A DNA stretch of 64,000 nt from a virus. Below are positions 19,567-29,595 of the stretch, in pieces (positions within the stretch are counted from its first letter, which is position 1; every line of letters begins with the position of its first letter). The stretch covers positions 16,693-80,692 of the IMG/VR virus record IMGVR_UViG_3300048924_000605; one strand, written 5' to 3'. Made by a program: the position numbers and the translations under genes. The notes under the pieces were generated by a model. That model saw nothing but the letters and a program-made list of their open reading frames with translations. It searched no databases and had not been told where the DNA came from.

Positions 19567-20324
19567 TAGCCCCTCACCAGTTCGATTCGGCCGAAGCCGC
19601 CCAAGTCGGGGTCCAGCGCACGCGATTCATCGAACAGGGCGGCGCCGGACAGTTGCAAACTGCCCCACTCTTCCGAAATCAGGTCGAGCTGCTCGATGGG
19701 ATTGAAGGTGACGCGATACAGCGTGACTCGGGCGCGGCGGCCGTTGACCGTGTTGATGCCATCCAGGAACAGCATCCGCTCCGGCGGCGGCGTGCTGAAG
19801 AGGGCGATGTTGACGGTCTCGCCGTGCTTGTACGCGGCCTTGAAGGGCTGGGTGAAGCCGTCGACCTTACGCAGGCCGATCAGTCCCGACGAAGCAGACT
19901 CGGTCCACCAGTTCGCGGCAGGGACGGTGACCGGCGGGTTGGCGCTGTCGGTCAGGGCCACATCGCTGACCCAGCCGCGATCCAGGGCGACCAAGTCGTT
20001 CGCCTTCAGGCCGGTCGGGAGCAGCTCGCTGCTGACGGTGCCGGCCGGCAGCGACGCAGGCACCGAGTACATGCCCTCCGCCAGATTCTCCGGCGTCGCC
20101 TCGTCCAGCGTGAGGTTCACATTGGCGGTCTTCGACTGCACCAGCCGCCCGTACAGCAGGCGATTGCCGCTGAACGACTCGGTTTTGTCCGAGTTCTGGA
20201 CTTCCAAGGCCAGCTGAAGCTGGGGGGCATTGCCGACCCAGCGCAGCGGACCGGGCTTGCCCGAGGCCTGGCGGGTGGCGAGGTAAACCTTGCCTTGGAA
20301 CGAAAACAGGTCTTGCGCGGCCAT
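19566..20324 (-). CDS. Major tail tube protein
   Basis: FSFQGKVYL..RWVGN...GINT..VTLYRV.F; position in tail operon. Confidence 0.85.
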   Translation of the reverse strand: MAAQDLFSFQGKVYLATRQASGKPGPLRWVGNAPQLQLALEVQNSDKTESFSGNRLLYGRLVQSKTANVNLTLDEATPENLAEGMYSVPASLPAGTVSSELLPTGLKANDLVALDRGWVSDVALTDSANPPVTVPAANWWTESASSGLIGLRKVDGFTQPFKAAYKHGETVNIALFSTPPPERMLFLDGINTVNGRRARVTLYRVTFNPIEQLDLISEEWGSLQLSGAALFDESRALDPDLGGFGRIELVRG

Positions 20325-20360
20325 GTGGTCGCGTTCTCCTATATATAAGGTGTCGTGGGA

Positions 20361-20906
20361 TCAGCCGCGGCGAGCGCGCAGGACTTGGCGATCGATTTCG
20401 GCGGTGATGACCGCCAGTCCGGCCTCGGCCATGCGCTGGGGGCGGTCGCCCTTGCGGAGCATTTGCGCGATCGAGGGACCGTACAGGCGCCGGATTGGGG
20501 TACGCGGCACGCGCTTCTCCCCGTTCACGGGCGTACGCTCGAAGGCGATGTCCGCGCCGCGGTGGCGACCATGAAAGCCGCTTCGCTTGAAGCCGCGCTT
20601 CCCCTTGATCGCAACAAAGTCCAAACCTCGGTCGTCCGCGCTGCGCTTGGAGCGGAAGTTGCGCAGACCGACACCACGGGCGGTGCCGACCAGTTCCAGG
20701 CTCTCGTGAGTGGTCCGTACGCTTAAGCCAGAGCGGATGCGGGCCGCCGACAGTGCATACTCGGTTTGAATGTCCCGCCGGGCGAGGACGGGCCAACGAC
20801 GCCGCAGCGTGCCCAGCGCGCGGCGCTGCGAGAGGGCGATCTTGGCGGGCATCTGGCTCAGTTGCCGAGCCAGGTTCAAGGCGCCGTCGGCGTCGATCGT
20901 GATCAT
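20361..20906 (-). CDS. Minor tail protein (gpZ-like)
   Basis: Start 20906; basic; RTPIRRLYGPSIAQM motif. Confidence 0.75.
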   Translation of the reverse strand: MITIDADGALNLARQLSQMPAKIALSQRRALGTLRRRWPVLARRDIQTEYALSAARIRSGLSVRTTHESLELVGTARGVGLRNFRSKRSADDRGLDFVAIKGKRGFKRSGFHGRHRGADIAFERTPVNGEKRVPRTPIRRLYGPSIAQMLRKGDRPQRMAEAGLAVITAEIDRQVLRARRG

Positions 20907-21331
20907 GTGCGGTAGCGGATCGACAGAGCAACCTGCACGGCGACCACCGGCAAGCCTTCCGGGCGGTCCAGGAACACGATGTCCTCGACCTGCACCGGCA
21001 GCGCCTTCGGCAACGGAATCCAATCTACAAGCGCTGCCTCGACATCGGCCGCGATTGCATGACACCGGGCGTGGGCGTCGATGAGCGATGCCGGCACCGT
21101 GGCCTCGGCCAGCGCAGACAGAATGCGATGGCGGCCGTGCGGCTGATTTGCGTCACGCTGGATCGCCAGAGCGACCAGGGTCAAGCCCTCGACCGAATCG
21201 TCCGGATGCTGCGCTGGTTCTACCGCTACGGCATCGCCGATGTTCGTCCGGTAGCCTTGATCGCTCCGAATGCTCGACAGGCGGTACGCGACATTGGACA
21301 GCAAGGTCCAAGACTGCGCCGGCTCAGCCAT
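20903..21331 (-). CDS. Tail terminator / completion protein
   Basis: LSSIRSDQGYRTNIG; position between head-closure and tube genes. Confidence 0.65.
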   Translation of the reverse strand: MAEPAQSWTLLSNVAYRLSSIRSDQGYRTNIGDAVAVEPAQHPDDSVEGLTLVALAIQRDANQPHGRHRILSALAEATVPASLIDAHARCHAIAADVEAALVDWIPLPKALPVQVEDIVFLDRPEGLPVVAVQVALSIRYRT

Positions 21332-21614
21332 GCAGCACCGCCTCGTTTACGCGGCCATCGTTGCGGACGACCGCCTCAACTGTCTGGGACCGGCCGTCCA
21401 AGGTGACGATGTCGCCGCGGCGGAAGATCCAGTCCCGATTACGGGCATGCACATGCCTGACCAATCCGATGACTTGCTGGTACTCGCCTAAGCGCTCGAC
21501 GCCGTCGCGAACCACCAACCGAACAGGCGCCGAGGGGTTCGGAGGGCGTTGTACGTTCGCGACGACGCCGAGCACGTCGAAGACTACGGTATCGGCCGTG
21601 GAGAACGCATCCAC
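21324..21614 (-). CDS. Head-tail joining protein (FII-like)
   Basis: GTG at 21614 just after capsid stop; small beta-rich protein. Confidence 0.65.
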   Translation of the reverse strand: MDAFSTADTVVFDVLGVVANVQRPPNPSAPVRLVVRDGVERLGEYQQVIGLVRHVHARNRDWIFRRGDIVTLDGRSQTVEAVVRNDGRVNEAVLHG

Positions 21615-21616
21615 AA

Positions 21617-22624
21617 TTACGCCTTCAGCTTCACCAGCAGCGCCGGCCGGTGACACATCGGTAGCGGATTGGACTGGGTGTGCAGATCGGTGCCGCGATC
21701 AAATTTTCGCGGCGCTTGCTTGCTGTAGAGCAACTGGCCCAACGTGTTGACAGTCTCGTTGAAGTCGGCCGGCGCCACATAGGTCGCAAACGTGTCCAGC
21801 GTACCGAGAGGGAACGCGTGGCCTTCGCCTTCGGCGATGAATCGCCGGGAGGTACCCTCCGGATCGCTGGCCTCTCCGGTGTATTCCTCGAAGCGAATGC
21901 CCGCCAAGCGAAAGTCGGTGCGCATGTCGTCGCGCAGCGCCGCACCCTCCTGCCAACGCGCGTAGGCTTCCTTGACCAGCTTGTGCCCTGTTAGCGCGTC
22001 GAAGAACTCCGGCGACACCAGCACATGAATGCTGCTCATGCGCTCGCCCTTCAAGGACGCGCTCATGTAGCGCTTGAGATCCAAGCACTTCTTGCGCGGG
22101 TCCAAGTCCTGATTGCTCAACTGGAAGTTGAACGTCTCCGGCCGGATGTTGAAGATATCGAACAGGTTCGCCAGTTCGCTGCCATCGGCGTCCAAGATCA
22201 CACCCTTGAGCGCACCGATGCGAAGATGCTCCAAAGTGATCGCGTGCTTGTTGCGCATCGTCTGCAGGTGATCAGCCATCACACCGGCAATGGTTTCCAG
22301 ATCGGTCTCAGTACCGAAGGCACGAACACCCACTACCTCTTCGGGCAACACCACGTCCTCGTGAGGGATATGTGGCACGTTGAACGCACGTAGCGCTCGC
22401 TTGCCGCGCTTGCCTACCGACCCCGGGGAGCCGACCGGCTGAGTCGGCAGCAGCGACAGTACGCCGTTTCGCTCCTCGACGGTCACCTGGCGGGTGCGGA
22501 CCGGCTTGATCGGAAACAGATTCAGCTCGTCCAGTCGCCCGTACTGGTTCGGCAGGAGATTGATGGCCGTGGTCAGCGCGCTGACGGAGAACGCGGGATT
22601 GTGGAACGGATTGTTCATCGACAT
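21617..22624 (-). CDS. Major capsid protein (gpE family)
   Basis: LTTAINLLP, GALKGVILDADG, QSNPLPMCHRPALLVKL. Confidence 0.93.
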   Translation of the reverse strand: MSMNNPFHNPAFSVSALTTAINLLPNQYGRLDELNLFPIKPVRTRQVTVEERNGVLSLLPTQPVGSPGSVGKRGKRALRAFNVPHIPHEDVVLPEEVVGVRAFGTETDLETIAGVMADHLQTMRNKHAITLEHLRIGALKGVILDADGSELANLFDIFNIRPETFNFQLSNQDLDPRKKCLDLKRYMSASLKGERMSSIHVLVSPEFFDALTGHKLVKEAYARWQEGAALRDDMRTDFRLAGIRFEEYTGEASDPEGTSRRFIAEGEGHAFPLGTLDTFATYVAPADFNETVNTLGQLLYSKQAPRKFDRGTDLHTQSNPLPMCHRPALLVKLKA

Positions 22625-22627
22625 GGA

Positions 22628-23020
22628 TCAAATTCCTTGACGCACGAGTACGCCGATCGCCCGCAGTTGCTGGATGCAGACCGTGCGCTGTTCGGGGGTG
22701 ATGGCTTTCGGCCAGACCAGGGCGTGGTCGGCGACCGTGGCGTGGCGCGCGACGATCACGCCGTCCGGGCTCGGTGCATTGGCCGTGATGATTGGTACGA
22801 TCACGACGCCCTTCGCCTGCTCGCGGCCGTCGGTTGCGGCCAAGTCGAGTGCGGCCACCTGGCCGGTATCGGTGATGCGACCCACGACCTGACCGAGTTG
22901 CAGCGCCTGCTGCGCGGCCACGGTCACGCGATCGCGCGAGTAAAGGTTGTCGGCCTCGAACTTGAGCAGATCACCCAGGTTGTTCGGCTCGGACTGGGGC
23001 GGATAGACGGTAATGCCCAT
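22628..23020 (-). CDS. Head decoration protein (gpD-like)
   Basis: LKFEADNLYSRD..LGQVVGRIT; lies between protease and capsid genes. Confidence 0.88.
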   Translation of the reverse strand: MGITVYPPQSEPNNLGDLLKFEADNLYSRDRVTVAAQQALQLGQVVGRITDTGQVAALDLAATDGREQAKGVVIVPIITANAPSPDGVIVARHATVADHALVWPKAITPEQRTVCIQQLRAIGVLVRQGI

Positions 23021-23021
23021 C

Positions 23022-24200
23022 TCAGCGCTCCTTCTTCGATCGCGCGGCCCGCACCTTGACGGCGTGGATCAGCGGGTTGTCGTCCAACGACTGCGTAGCG
23101 GCGGCAGGTGCCGCGGCCGGCGACAGGTGGCTGGTGATCTCGGGCGACTCGGCGCGCAAGCCGAGCAGCTTGCGGCGAACGTCGGCGGTACTCAGGCGGT
23201 CGCCCAGGAACACCGCGGTCAGATCGGGACGGCCAGCGAGCGTGCAGAGCTCGGCGATCGCCAGGGCATCGCCGTGCGCTTGCGCGCGCACGGCGTCTAC
23301 GTCGACGGCGGGCGCCGTCGATTCGGGGGTGGACATCGTGGGGGACTCCAGGGAAAGGGGACGCGCGGCGGCGTCCAGTTCGGTGTGCATGTGCTGCACG
23401 GCGTCGCCGAGCGTGCCGATGCGATCGGCCAGGCCGGCATCGAGCGCGTCCTGGCCGAAGAACAACCCGGCTTCGGTGGCACGGATGGCGTCCACCGCAG
23501 AACCGCGTTGCTCGGCTACGGTCAGAACGAACAACTCGTAGAGGCGGTCGACCTCGGTTTGGATCGCCGCACGCGCCTCAGGCGTCAGCGGCTGATATGG
23601 GCTGCCGTCGTTCTTGCGCGCGCCGGCCAGAATCGGGGTGTAGCTCAAGCCGGCGTTGGCATCGCGGCGCGATTGGTCAACGTGCAGCGCGATCACGCCG
23701 ATGGAGCCGACGCCGGCCGTGCGCGTGACGAAGAGCTGCGTGGCGGCGCTGGCCAGGGCATAAGCAGCGGAGAAGGCGGCGTCGTTCGCGGCTGCCCAGA
23801 CGGGCTTCGTCTGCCGAGCCGCGTGGATCTTGTCGGCCAGGTCGAACACGCCGGCGGCCTCGCCGCCGGGGCTATCGATGTCGAGCACGATGCCCCGTAC
23901 CGCAGGGTCAGCCAGCGCGGCATCGAACTGCTGTGTAATTGCCTGATAGCTCGTCAGGCCCGACAGTGCGTCTAAGCCCGCAGTCCGCTGCACCAAAGTG
24001 CCGTGGATGGGAATAACGGCAACACCGCGCTGATCAACGTAGCGTGGTGCCGATACCGCCGGCGGCGCCATCTGCGGCGGCGGCAGGGTCTGAAGCTCGA
24101 ATTTGGGTTCGAGCACGCTCAGGATGACGTCCAGCTTGGCGCGCTGGATCAGCAGCGGCGTGTTGAACACGCGCGCCGCTAGATAGGGCAGTCCGGTCAT
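23022..24200 (-). CDS. S49 prohead protease / scaffold (gpC-like)
   Basis: LDIDSPGGE, AFSAAYALAS, GVGSIGV. Confidence 0.93.
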   Translation of the reverse strand: MTGLPYLAARVFNTPLLIQRAKLDVILSVLEPKFELQTLPPPQMAPPAVSAPRYVDQRGVAVIPIHGTLVQRTAGLDALSGLTSYQAITQQFDAALADPAVRGIVLDIDSPGGEAAGVFDLADKIHAARQTKPVWAAANDAAFSAAYALASAATQLFVTRTAGVGSIGVIALHVDQSRRDANAGLSYTPILAGARKNDGSPYQPLTPEARAAIQTEVDRLYELFVLTVAEQRGSAVDAIRATEAGLFFGQDALDAGLADRIGTLGDAVQHMHTELDAAARPLSLESPTMSTPESTAPAVDVDAVRAQAHGDALAIAELCTLAGRPDLTAVFLGDRLSTADVRRKLLGLRAESPEITSHLSPAAAPAAATQSLDDNPLIHAVKVRAARSKKER

Positions 24201-25690
24201 TTGACGGTTTCAGGTTCGATCGGCGCCGGCTCAGGCGGCGCGGATTGGAAGGCGCCGTTGCGGGCAACGCGGCGCGGGTCGGTGTCAAGCACCAGGCCCA
24301 GGCGGTCGGCGCGCTCGGCGTCGGCCGCGATCTCGCGGTCGATGGTCTCGGCGTCGTAGCCCGAGCTCGCGATGGCTTCCGCGCGCGACAACAGGCCCGC
24401 GCGAATCGCCAGGATCATGGCGTTGAACTCTTTCTCGGGATCGACCCAGTTCCAGCCTTGCGGCACCCACTTGCAGGCGCGGTACTGGCGTTTGCGACGC
24501 CGATAGCCCGGCAGCTCGATGGCGTCGGCCAGGACGGCCGCATCCACGAAGGCCGCCCAGATCGGCCGGCACATCTGATAGACCAGGACCGAGTGCTGGA
24601 CCTGCTCGCAGCGACGCCGAAATTCCAGCAAGCCGGCGCGGATGGACGAGTAGTTGACCCCGGTCAGATCGCCGGTGAGCTGCTCGTAGGTAACCCCCAT
24701 GGCCGCGGCGACCGCGCGGAACTGCGATCGCAAGAACGCCTCGTAACTGGCGCCCACGTCGGCCGGCTGGGCAAAGGCCACGTTCTCGCCCGGCTCCAAG
24801 ATTTGCAGACTGCCCGGCTCCAACCCGAGCGGCGCATTGCCGTGTTCGTCCGGCGGTGCGTCCCCCGGCAGCGGGTCGTCCGGTCCGTCGCGGGTAATGA
24901 AGCCGGCGAACATCGCCGCGGTCTTTTTACGGACCAGTTCGGCGTCGTCGTACTGGTCGAGCTCGTTGAGCTTGACCAGCGCGCGCGCGAGCCAGGGTTC
25001 GCCGCGGATCTGCCCCGGGCGCAGCGGCCGGAAGATGTGCAGCACTTCCGACGCCGGCACGCGGATGGTGTCCAGGCCGCCGTGGCGCGTCATCGGCGCC
25101 ATCGCCCCATCCTGCGGATGGGACAGATACAGGTGGTAGGCAACCCTTCGGCCTAATCGATCAAACTCGATGCCGGCGCGGATCAAGTTCCCGTTCGGCT
25201 CTTCCCGATTGAGGGTGATCGGCAGGTGCTCAGGCTCCAGCACCTGCAGTTGCAGGGGCACCGCGAAACCGTCCTCGGGCCGGCGCGGGCGCAGCCGGAT
25301 CAGGCATTCGCCGCCCTCCAGCAGCGCGCGGCAGGCCAGGGCTTGCAGGCCATAGAGATCGGTCAAGCCGGCGGCGTCGGCTTCGTCCACGAAGTCCCGC
25401 CACAGCGCCTGGAGCGCTTCGCGCTGCACGGTGTCCGCGATCAGCGACTGCGGCTTGATGCCGGTGCCGACCGCATTGGCGACGAACGCCTCGATCGCGG
25501 CGTTGGCCCAGGCGTTGCGGCGCACCAGGTCGCGAGAGCGCACCCGCAGCGCGTCGCCGGTCGCCAGCAGCGCGGCGACCGCGCCCGGATTGCTGGGCTG
25601 CCAGGCGGTCGACCGGCGACCGTGGCCCGCGACCTCATGCGCGGGCGAGCCGCCGGACATCGCGGCCTTGAGCTTCCCCCACCAACCCAC
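24197..25690 (-). CDS. Portal protein, lambda family
   Basis: RSRDLVRRN, RPGQIRGEPW, VNYSSIRAG, WVDPEKE. Confidence 0.95.
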   Translation of the reverse strand: MGWWGKLKAAMSGGSPAHEVAGHGRRSTAWQPSNPGAVAALLATGDALRVRSRDLVRRNAWANAAIEAFVANAVGTGIKPQSLIADTVQREALQALWRDFVDEADAAGLTDLYGLQALACRALLEGGECLIRLRPRRPEDGFAVPLQLQVLEPEHLPITLNREEPNGNLIRAGIEFDRLGRRVAYHLYLSHPQDGAMAPMTRHGGLDTIRVPASEVLHIFRPLRPGQIRGEPWLARALVKLNELDQYDDAELVRKKTAAMFAGFITRDGPDDPLPGDAPPDEHGNAPLGLEPGSLQILEPGENVAFAQPADVGASYEAFLRSQFRAVAAAMGVTYEQLTGDLTGVNYSSIRAGLLEFRRRCEQVQHSVLVYQMCRPIWAAFVDAAVLADAIELPGYRRRKRQYRACKWVPQGWNWVDPEKEFNAMILAIRAGLLSRAEAIASSGYDAETIDREIAADAERADRLGLVLDTDPRRVARNGAFQSAPPEPAPIEPETVK

Positions 25691-25692
25691 GT

Positions 25693-25911
25693 TCAGAAGC
25701 CTTTCGAGGTGGTGGTCAGCAGGCGCCGGACCTTGCGCGGGCGCCCTTCGGTCCCAGCCAAGGCCGCCTCGACCTCGCGGATCGCCGCCAGCAGCTCGTC
25801 CACCGATCGGTACTCGACCAGGCGGTCGCCGAAGCTGACGCGACGTTCGCCGCGCGCGAGCGCGGAGCGCAGCGCCTGCAATTGCTCGTGGGTATAAGGG
25901 AGGTCGCTCAT
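25693..25911 (-). CDS. Head-tail connector (gpW-like)
   Basis: LARGERRVSFGDRLVEYRS; lies between terminase and portal. Confidence 0.88.
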   Translation of the reverse strand: MSDLPYTHEQLQALRSALARGERRVSFGDRLVEYRSVDELLAAIREVEAALAGTEGRPRKVRRLLTTTSKGF

Positions 25912-27842
25912 CGCATGAAACGGCTGGAGATCACCCGGCGGCGGCCGGAAACAGAAAGGCCGCCCGGAGAGGCGGCCTTTGACGGAATGGGTAGGGGTGG
26001 TTCAGTTGGATCAGGCGGGCGCGGCGGGCGCACCCCCACCGATCGCTCGAGCTCGCGCCAGTGGCGCTCTTCGAAACGATCGACACCGGCCTGCATCGCC
26101 GCGGCACGCGCCATGACGTAGCAGTCCAGCGCTTCGTTGCGGTCGCGGCGCTTTTCCCACACCCGTTGCGGATAGCCGTGCCGGTCCCGACGGGTGATCA
26201 AGTGCTCGGCGGTCAGCTGCTGCACGAACTCGCCGTCTACCTTTGGTAGATGGACGTAGCCCGCAGGGAACGCGGACTGGCCGTCCGGCCCGATCTCGAT
26301 CGACAACCGCAGCGCGTTGTACAACTCCAGCTTGGCGATGCCGCCGGCCACGGCGAACAGCTTGAGGCCGCGCCGCAGGCGCTTGCCGGGAATGCTCACA
26401 TCGACCGCGGTCGGGATGCCGATCAAGGCGGCGCCGCTACCGACACCCTTCATCGGCAGCAGGCGCGGATCGTGCGCATCGCGCGCGAACGCATAGGCCT
26501 CCTGGGTGGCGTAGCCGGTATCCAGGCCGAGCCGGGTTAGCGGCAACAGCGCGCCGGAGGCATGGGTCCATTGCTCGCGCAGCAGGCTCGCCAGCTCTGC
26601 CCAGACTGCGGCGCGCGCGGTGTCGCCCATCAAGACACGATGCTCGACCAGCCAGGTCTCACGCTCGCGACCGAACGCCCAGACCGAGACCTCGATTCGG
26701 TCCTTCTGCACGTCGGCGCCGCCGGCCAGCAACAGGCCGCCGGCCGGCACGGTGCCGATCCGGTAATCCTCGCGCCGCTCCAGCAACCGCTCCCAATCCG
26801 GGGCTTCGCCTTCCTCTTCCCAGGTCTCGCCCAGTTCGGTGTTCTTGAACGCCTTGAGCGCGGTTGCCGAACCCTGCGCCGCTTCCCACGCCGCGGCGAT
26901 ATCGGCCCAGCTGCGCCAGCCAACGGGCGAGTACAGCGAGGACAGGTGGTAGCCCGCCGTCTTGCCGCGGTTCTGCGGTGCCGTCGCGACCCACTGGCCG
27001 GCGGCGAGCATCGTCGTCTTCTGGTGCTCGCCGATGGGCTGTTCACAGGACTCGCAGATGTAGCGGGTCGAGCGCGGGTCGCCCCAGGTCCAGCGCAGTT
27101 GCTCGAACCGCAGCCATTGTTGGTGGACGCAGTGCGGGCACGGCACGAAGAATCGCCGCTGGTCCGAGGCCAAGTACTCGCGCTCGATGGTGCTGGCACC
27201 AGCAATCGTCGGCGTCGACACCAGCAGAATCTTGCGCCGGATGAAGGTCCGGGTGCGCGCCTCGGCCAGCGCGACCGCATCGCCCTCGCCTTCCACGTCG
27301 CGCGGGTAGCCGTCCACTTCGTCCAGGAACAGGTAGCGCACCGGCATCGAGCGCAGGCCGACCGCGCTGTTGGCGCCGGTCAGGACCAGGACGCCGCCGC
27401 GGAACTCCTTGGCGAGGATCGTGTTGCCCGAGTCCCGCGCGCGCGAGGGCGCAATGCGCTCGCGCAGCGACGGCGACTCTTCGATCAGCGGGTCGACGCG
27501 CTGCTTCGAATTGCGCTTGGCCATCTCGACCGTGGGCGCCACGGCCATCATCGGTCCCGGCGCGCACGCGATCACGTAGCCGATCCAGTTATTGCCGCAT
27601 TCGGTCCCGCCGACCTGCGCGCCTTTCATGAACACGACGCGCTCGGTCGCCGAGGCCGGCGACAGGTCGTTCATGATGTCGCGCAGGTACGGCGTTCGCG
27701 CAGTGCGCCAGCGCCCCGGCTCAGACGACGAGGTGCTCGACAGCACGCGGTCGCGGTCGGCCCAATCCGAAACGTCCAGGAAGGGATCGGGCGTCAGACC
27801 GTCGCGCCAAGCACGCGCGACGTTCTCATGGCCGTCGTACAA
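25908..27842 (-). CDS. Terminase large subunit (GpA family)
   Basis: KGAQVGGTE, LFLDEVD, STPT, CPHC zinc finger, DVQKDR, RNEALDC. Confidence 0.96.
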   Translation of the reverse strand: MYDGHENVARAWRDGLTPDPFLDVSDWADRDRVLSSTSSSEPGRWRTARTPYLRDIMNDLSPASATERVVFMKGAQVGGTECGNNWIGYVIACAPGPMMAVAPTVEMAKRNSKQRVDPLIEESPSLRERIAPSRARDSGNTILAKEFRGGVLVLTGANSAVGLRSMPVRYLFLDEVDGYPRDVEGEGDAVALAEARTRTFIRRKILLVSTPTIAGASTIEREYLASDQRRFFVPCPHCVHQQWLRFEQLRWTWGDPRSTRYICESCEQPIGEHQKTTMLAAGQWVATAPQNRGKTAGYHLSSLYSPVGWRSWADIAAAWEAAQGSATALKAFKNTELGETWEEEGEAPDWERLLERREDYRIGTVPAGGLLLAGGADVQKDRIEVSVWAFGRERETWLVEHRVLMGDTARAAVWAELASLLREQWTHASGALLPLTRLGLDTGYATQEAYAFARDAHDPRLLPMKGVGSGAALIGIPTAVDVSIPGKRLRRGLKLFAVAGGIAKLELYNALRLSIEIGPDGQSAFPAGYVHLPKVDGEFVQQLTAEHLITRRDRHGYPQRVWEKRRDRNEALDCYVMARAAAMQAGVDRFEERHWRELERSVGVRPPRPPDPTEPPLPIPSKAASPGGLSVSGRRRVISSRFMR

Positions 27843-27845
27843 CGA

Positions 27846-28382
27846 TTACTCCAGGCGGGCGACGAAGTCCCCGAGTTCGAACAGGTGTTGCCGCACCTCG
27901 CGCTCCAGCGCGACGTGCATCGAATGCGGGTCGATGCCTAGTTCGGCGGCGAGCATCGAGCTGATCCGCGCAGGCCAGTTAAGCCAGGCGTCGCGCTCCG
28001 CGCGCGCCAGGGCGAAGACTTGGCCGACCGCCTGCTGGCGATCGATCAGCTCGCCGCGCAGCTGCGCAATGCGCAGCTTGTGATGTTGGGCCTTGAGGAC
28101 TTCGTTGGCGGTTCGAGCCTGGGCGTAGCTGTTGCTGGTGGGGACGCCACCGGCACCGTCGTCCACCAGCGTCGGTGCCGCCGCGCGCGCGCGCGCCGGC
28201 CGACTGCGCGTGCCGAGGCTCGACTGCGCCGGGTCGGTACTCGCGTCCCATTCCGCGTCGGCACGGACCGCGTCGATAGTGCCATCCGGCAGCGCCGTGA
28301 TCCGTCCGGACTTGATTGCTTTATGGACGGCGGTATCGGACACGCCGCGATGGCGCCCGTAGGCGCGAATGGAAATACCCAC
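27846..28382 (-). CDS. Terminase small subunit (Nu1-like)
   Basis: N-terminal wHTH SIRAYGRHRGVSDTAVHKAIKSGRI; directly upstream of terL. Confidence 0.85.
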   Translation of the reverse strand: MGISIRAYGRHRGVSDTAVHKAIKSGRITALPDGTIDAVRADAEWDASTDPAQSSLGTRSRPARARAAAPTLVDDGAGGVPTSNSYAQARTANEVLKAQHHKLRIAQLRGELIDRQQAVGQVFALARAERDAWLNWPARISSMLAAELGIDPHSMHVALEREVRQHLFELGDFVARLE

Positions 28383-28455
28383 AGGTCGTCAATGGCAGGT
28401 CTGGGCCTCCGCGACCGCCGGCCATCGGCGCAGATTCGGATAAAAGGAAGAGGGA

Positions 28456-28487
28456 ACACCCCAACGCCCGGCGAGGCGTTGGGGTGT
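28456..28487 (-). terminator. Terminator of cassette 1
   Basis: 13-bp stem ACACCCCAACGCC/GGCGTTGGGGTGT; pyrimidine/T-rich tail on minus strand. Confidence 0.7.
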
Positions 28488-28504
28488 GCGCTCTCACGCG
28501 TGCG

Positions 28505-29035
28505 CTAGTTGCGCGGTTCGAACTCAGCCGCGTCGCGCGCACGCTGGAGGTTCTTCACCGCCGCGCGCAGCCCCTTCTGGTAGCCGGCGTCCCGCACGTC
28601 CCAGACCTCCAGTAGCTTGATCCGTTGCAACAGCCGGTCCAGCTCATGCACCGGCAGCGCGCTGTACTCCGGCTCGTCGCCTTCGAGGTACCGATGGATA
28701 TGCGTCAGCAGCGCGCGAAGCGTCAGCTCATTCGCGCCCAACTCGGTCGGCATCAAGCGGCGCTTGAACCAATCGTCTGACTGCTCGACGGCGAACTCCA
28801 ACGGAGCCAGTTCGTAGCCGCAGCCTTCGATCATCCAGCTGATGATGTCCGGGTCCACGCGCCCCCTCTGATGCCCCATGCAGCGGGACGCCAGTAGGTG
28901 CGAGAGACCGTAGCAGCCGTACAAATGCATCTTCACCTCCGGCTCGAAGGCGGGCACCGTCGACATCAGTAGCCGCTCGATGCGGTCGCCCAGCGCGCGC
29001 AGATCCGCATTCGACTTCGCTATCCATTCGTCCAT
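28505..29035 (-). CDS. Cassette 1 hypothetical protein
   Basis: GAGGA RBS and ATG 29035 downstream of the conserved element; paralog of 29596-30102. Confidence 0.75.
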   Translation of the reverse strand: MDEWIAKSNADLRALGDRIERLLMSTVPAFEPEVKMHLYGCYGLSHLLASRCMGHQRGRVDPDIISWMIEGCGYELAPLEFAVEQSDDWFKRRLMPTELGANELTLRALLTHIHRYLEGDEPEYSALPVHELDRLLQRIKLLEVWDVRDAGYQKGLRAAVKNLQRARDAAEFEPRN

Positions 29036-29075
29036 TTCGCTTTCCTCTTCGTCACCGCGCCGTCGCGGCGACGAC

Positions 29076-29147
29076 ATGAACGCTTCAAGTGGATTGAATC
29101 GCAAGCGCTTCCGCCCACGTCTCGCTACCGAGACAGCCGACGGACAG
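29076..29147 (-). promoter_or_regulatory. Conserved upstream element 1
   Basis: CTTG-N15-GAAGCGTTCAT at 29105-29076; CTGTC repeats at 29147 and 29136. Confidence 0.85.
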
Positions 29148-29173
29148 GAACAACATCTGTGGGAAGAACGAAC

Positions 29174-29202
29174 ACCCCAGCCCTATCATCGGGGGCTGGG
29201 GT
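29174..29202 (-). terminator. Terminator of cassette 2
   Basis: ACCCCAGCCC/GGGCTGGGGT stem. Confidence 0.65.
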
Positions 29203-29217
29203 CTACGCTCTCCCGAC

Positions 29218-29466
29218 TCAGTTTGCCTCGTCGTTCAACGCCTTAATCACTGCGCCGAGATCCATATCAGGCCCGAAGTCCACGGCGCCCCGCTCGGCCA
29301 GTATCTGGACGATGTTGACGCAAGTGGCAGCCAGCTGCTGTGCGGCGATCAATTCTTCGTCGCTGAGTTTCCGCGGATCGCCGTCGACCATATCCTCGAG
29401 AACGCCCTCGCAGTCCCTCAAGGCCACCAGCGTGTTATGGAATCGGCAGTACGACATGTTCGTCAT
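29218..29466 (-). CDS. Cassette 2 small acidic phage protein
   Basis: NMSYCRFHNTL..LRDC, a recurrent small phage protein pattern. Confidence 0.8.
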   Translation of the reverse strand: MTNMSYCRFHNTLVALRDCEGVLEDMVDGDPRKLSDEELIAAQQLAATCVNIVQILAERGAVDFGPDMDLGAVIKALNDEAN

Positions 29467-29505
29467 TTCTGTTCTCTAGGTTCGCCGCGTCATTGCGGCG
29501 AGCAG

Positions 29506-29577
29506 ATGAACGCTTCCTTCGCCAAGGAAGCCAAGCGGAAGATGCGCCGCTCGCGAGTGAAGACAGGGTTCCGACAG
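29506..29577 (-). promoter_or_regulatory. Conserved upstream element 2
   Basis: Motif at 29535-29506; CTGTC at 29577 and 29566. Confidence 0.85.
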
Positions 29578-29595
29578 CTTCGTGCAGCGGCGCGC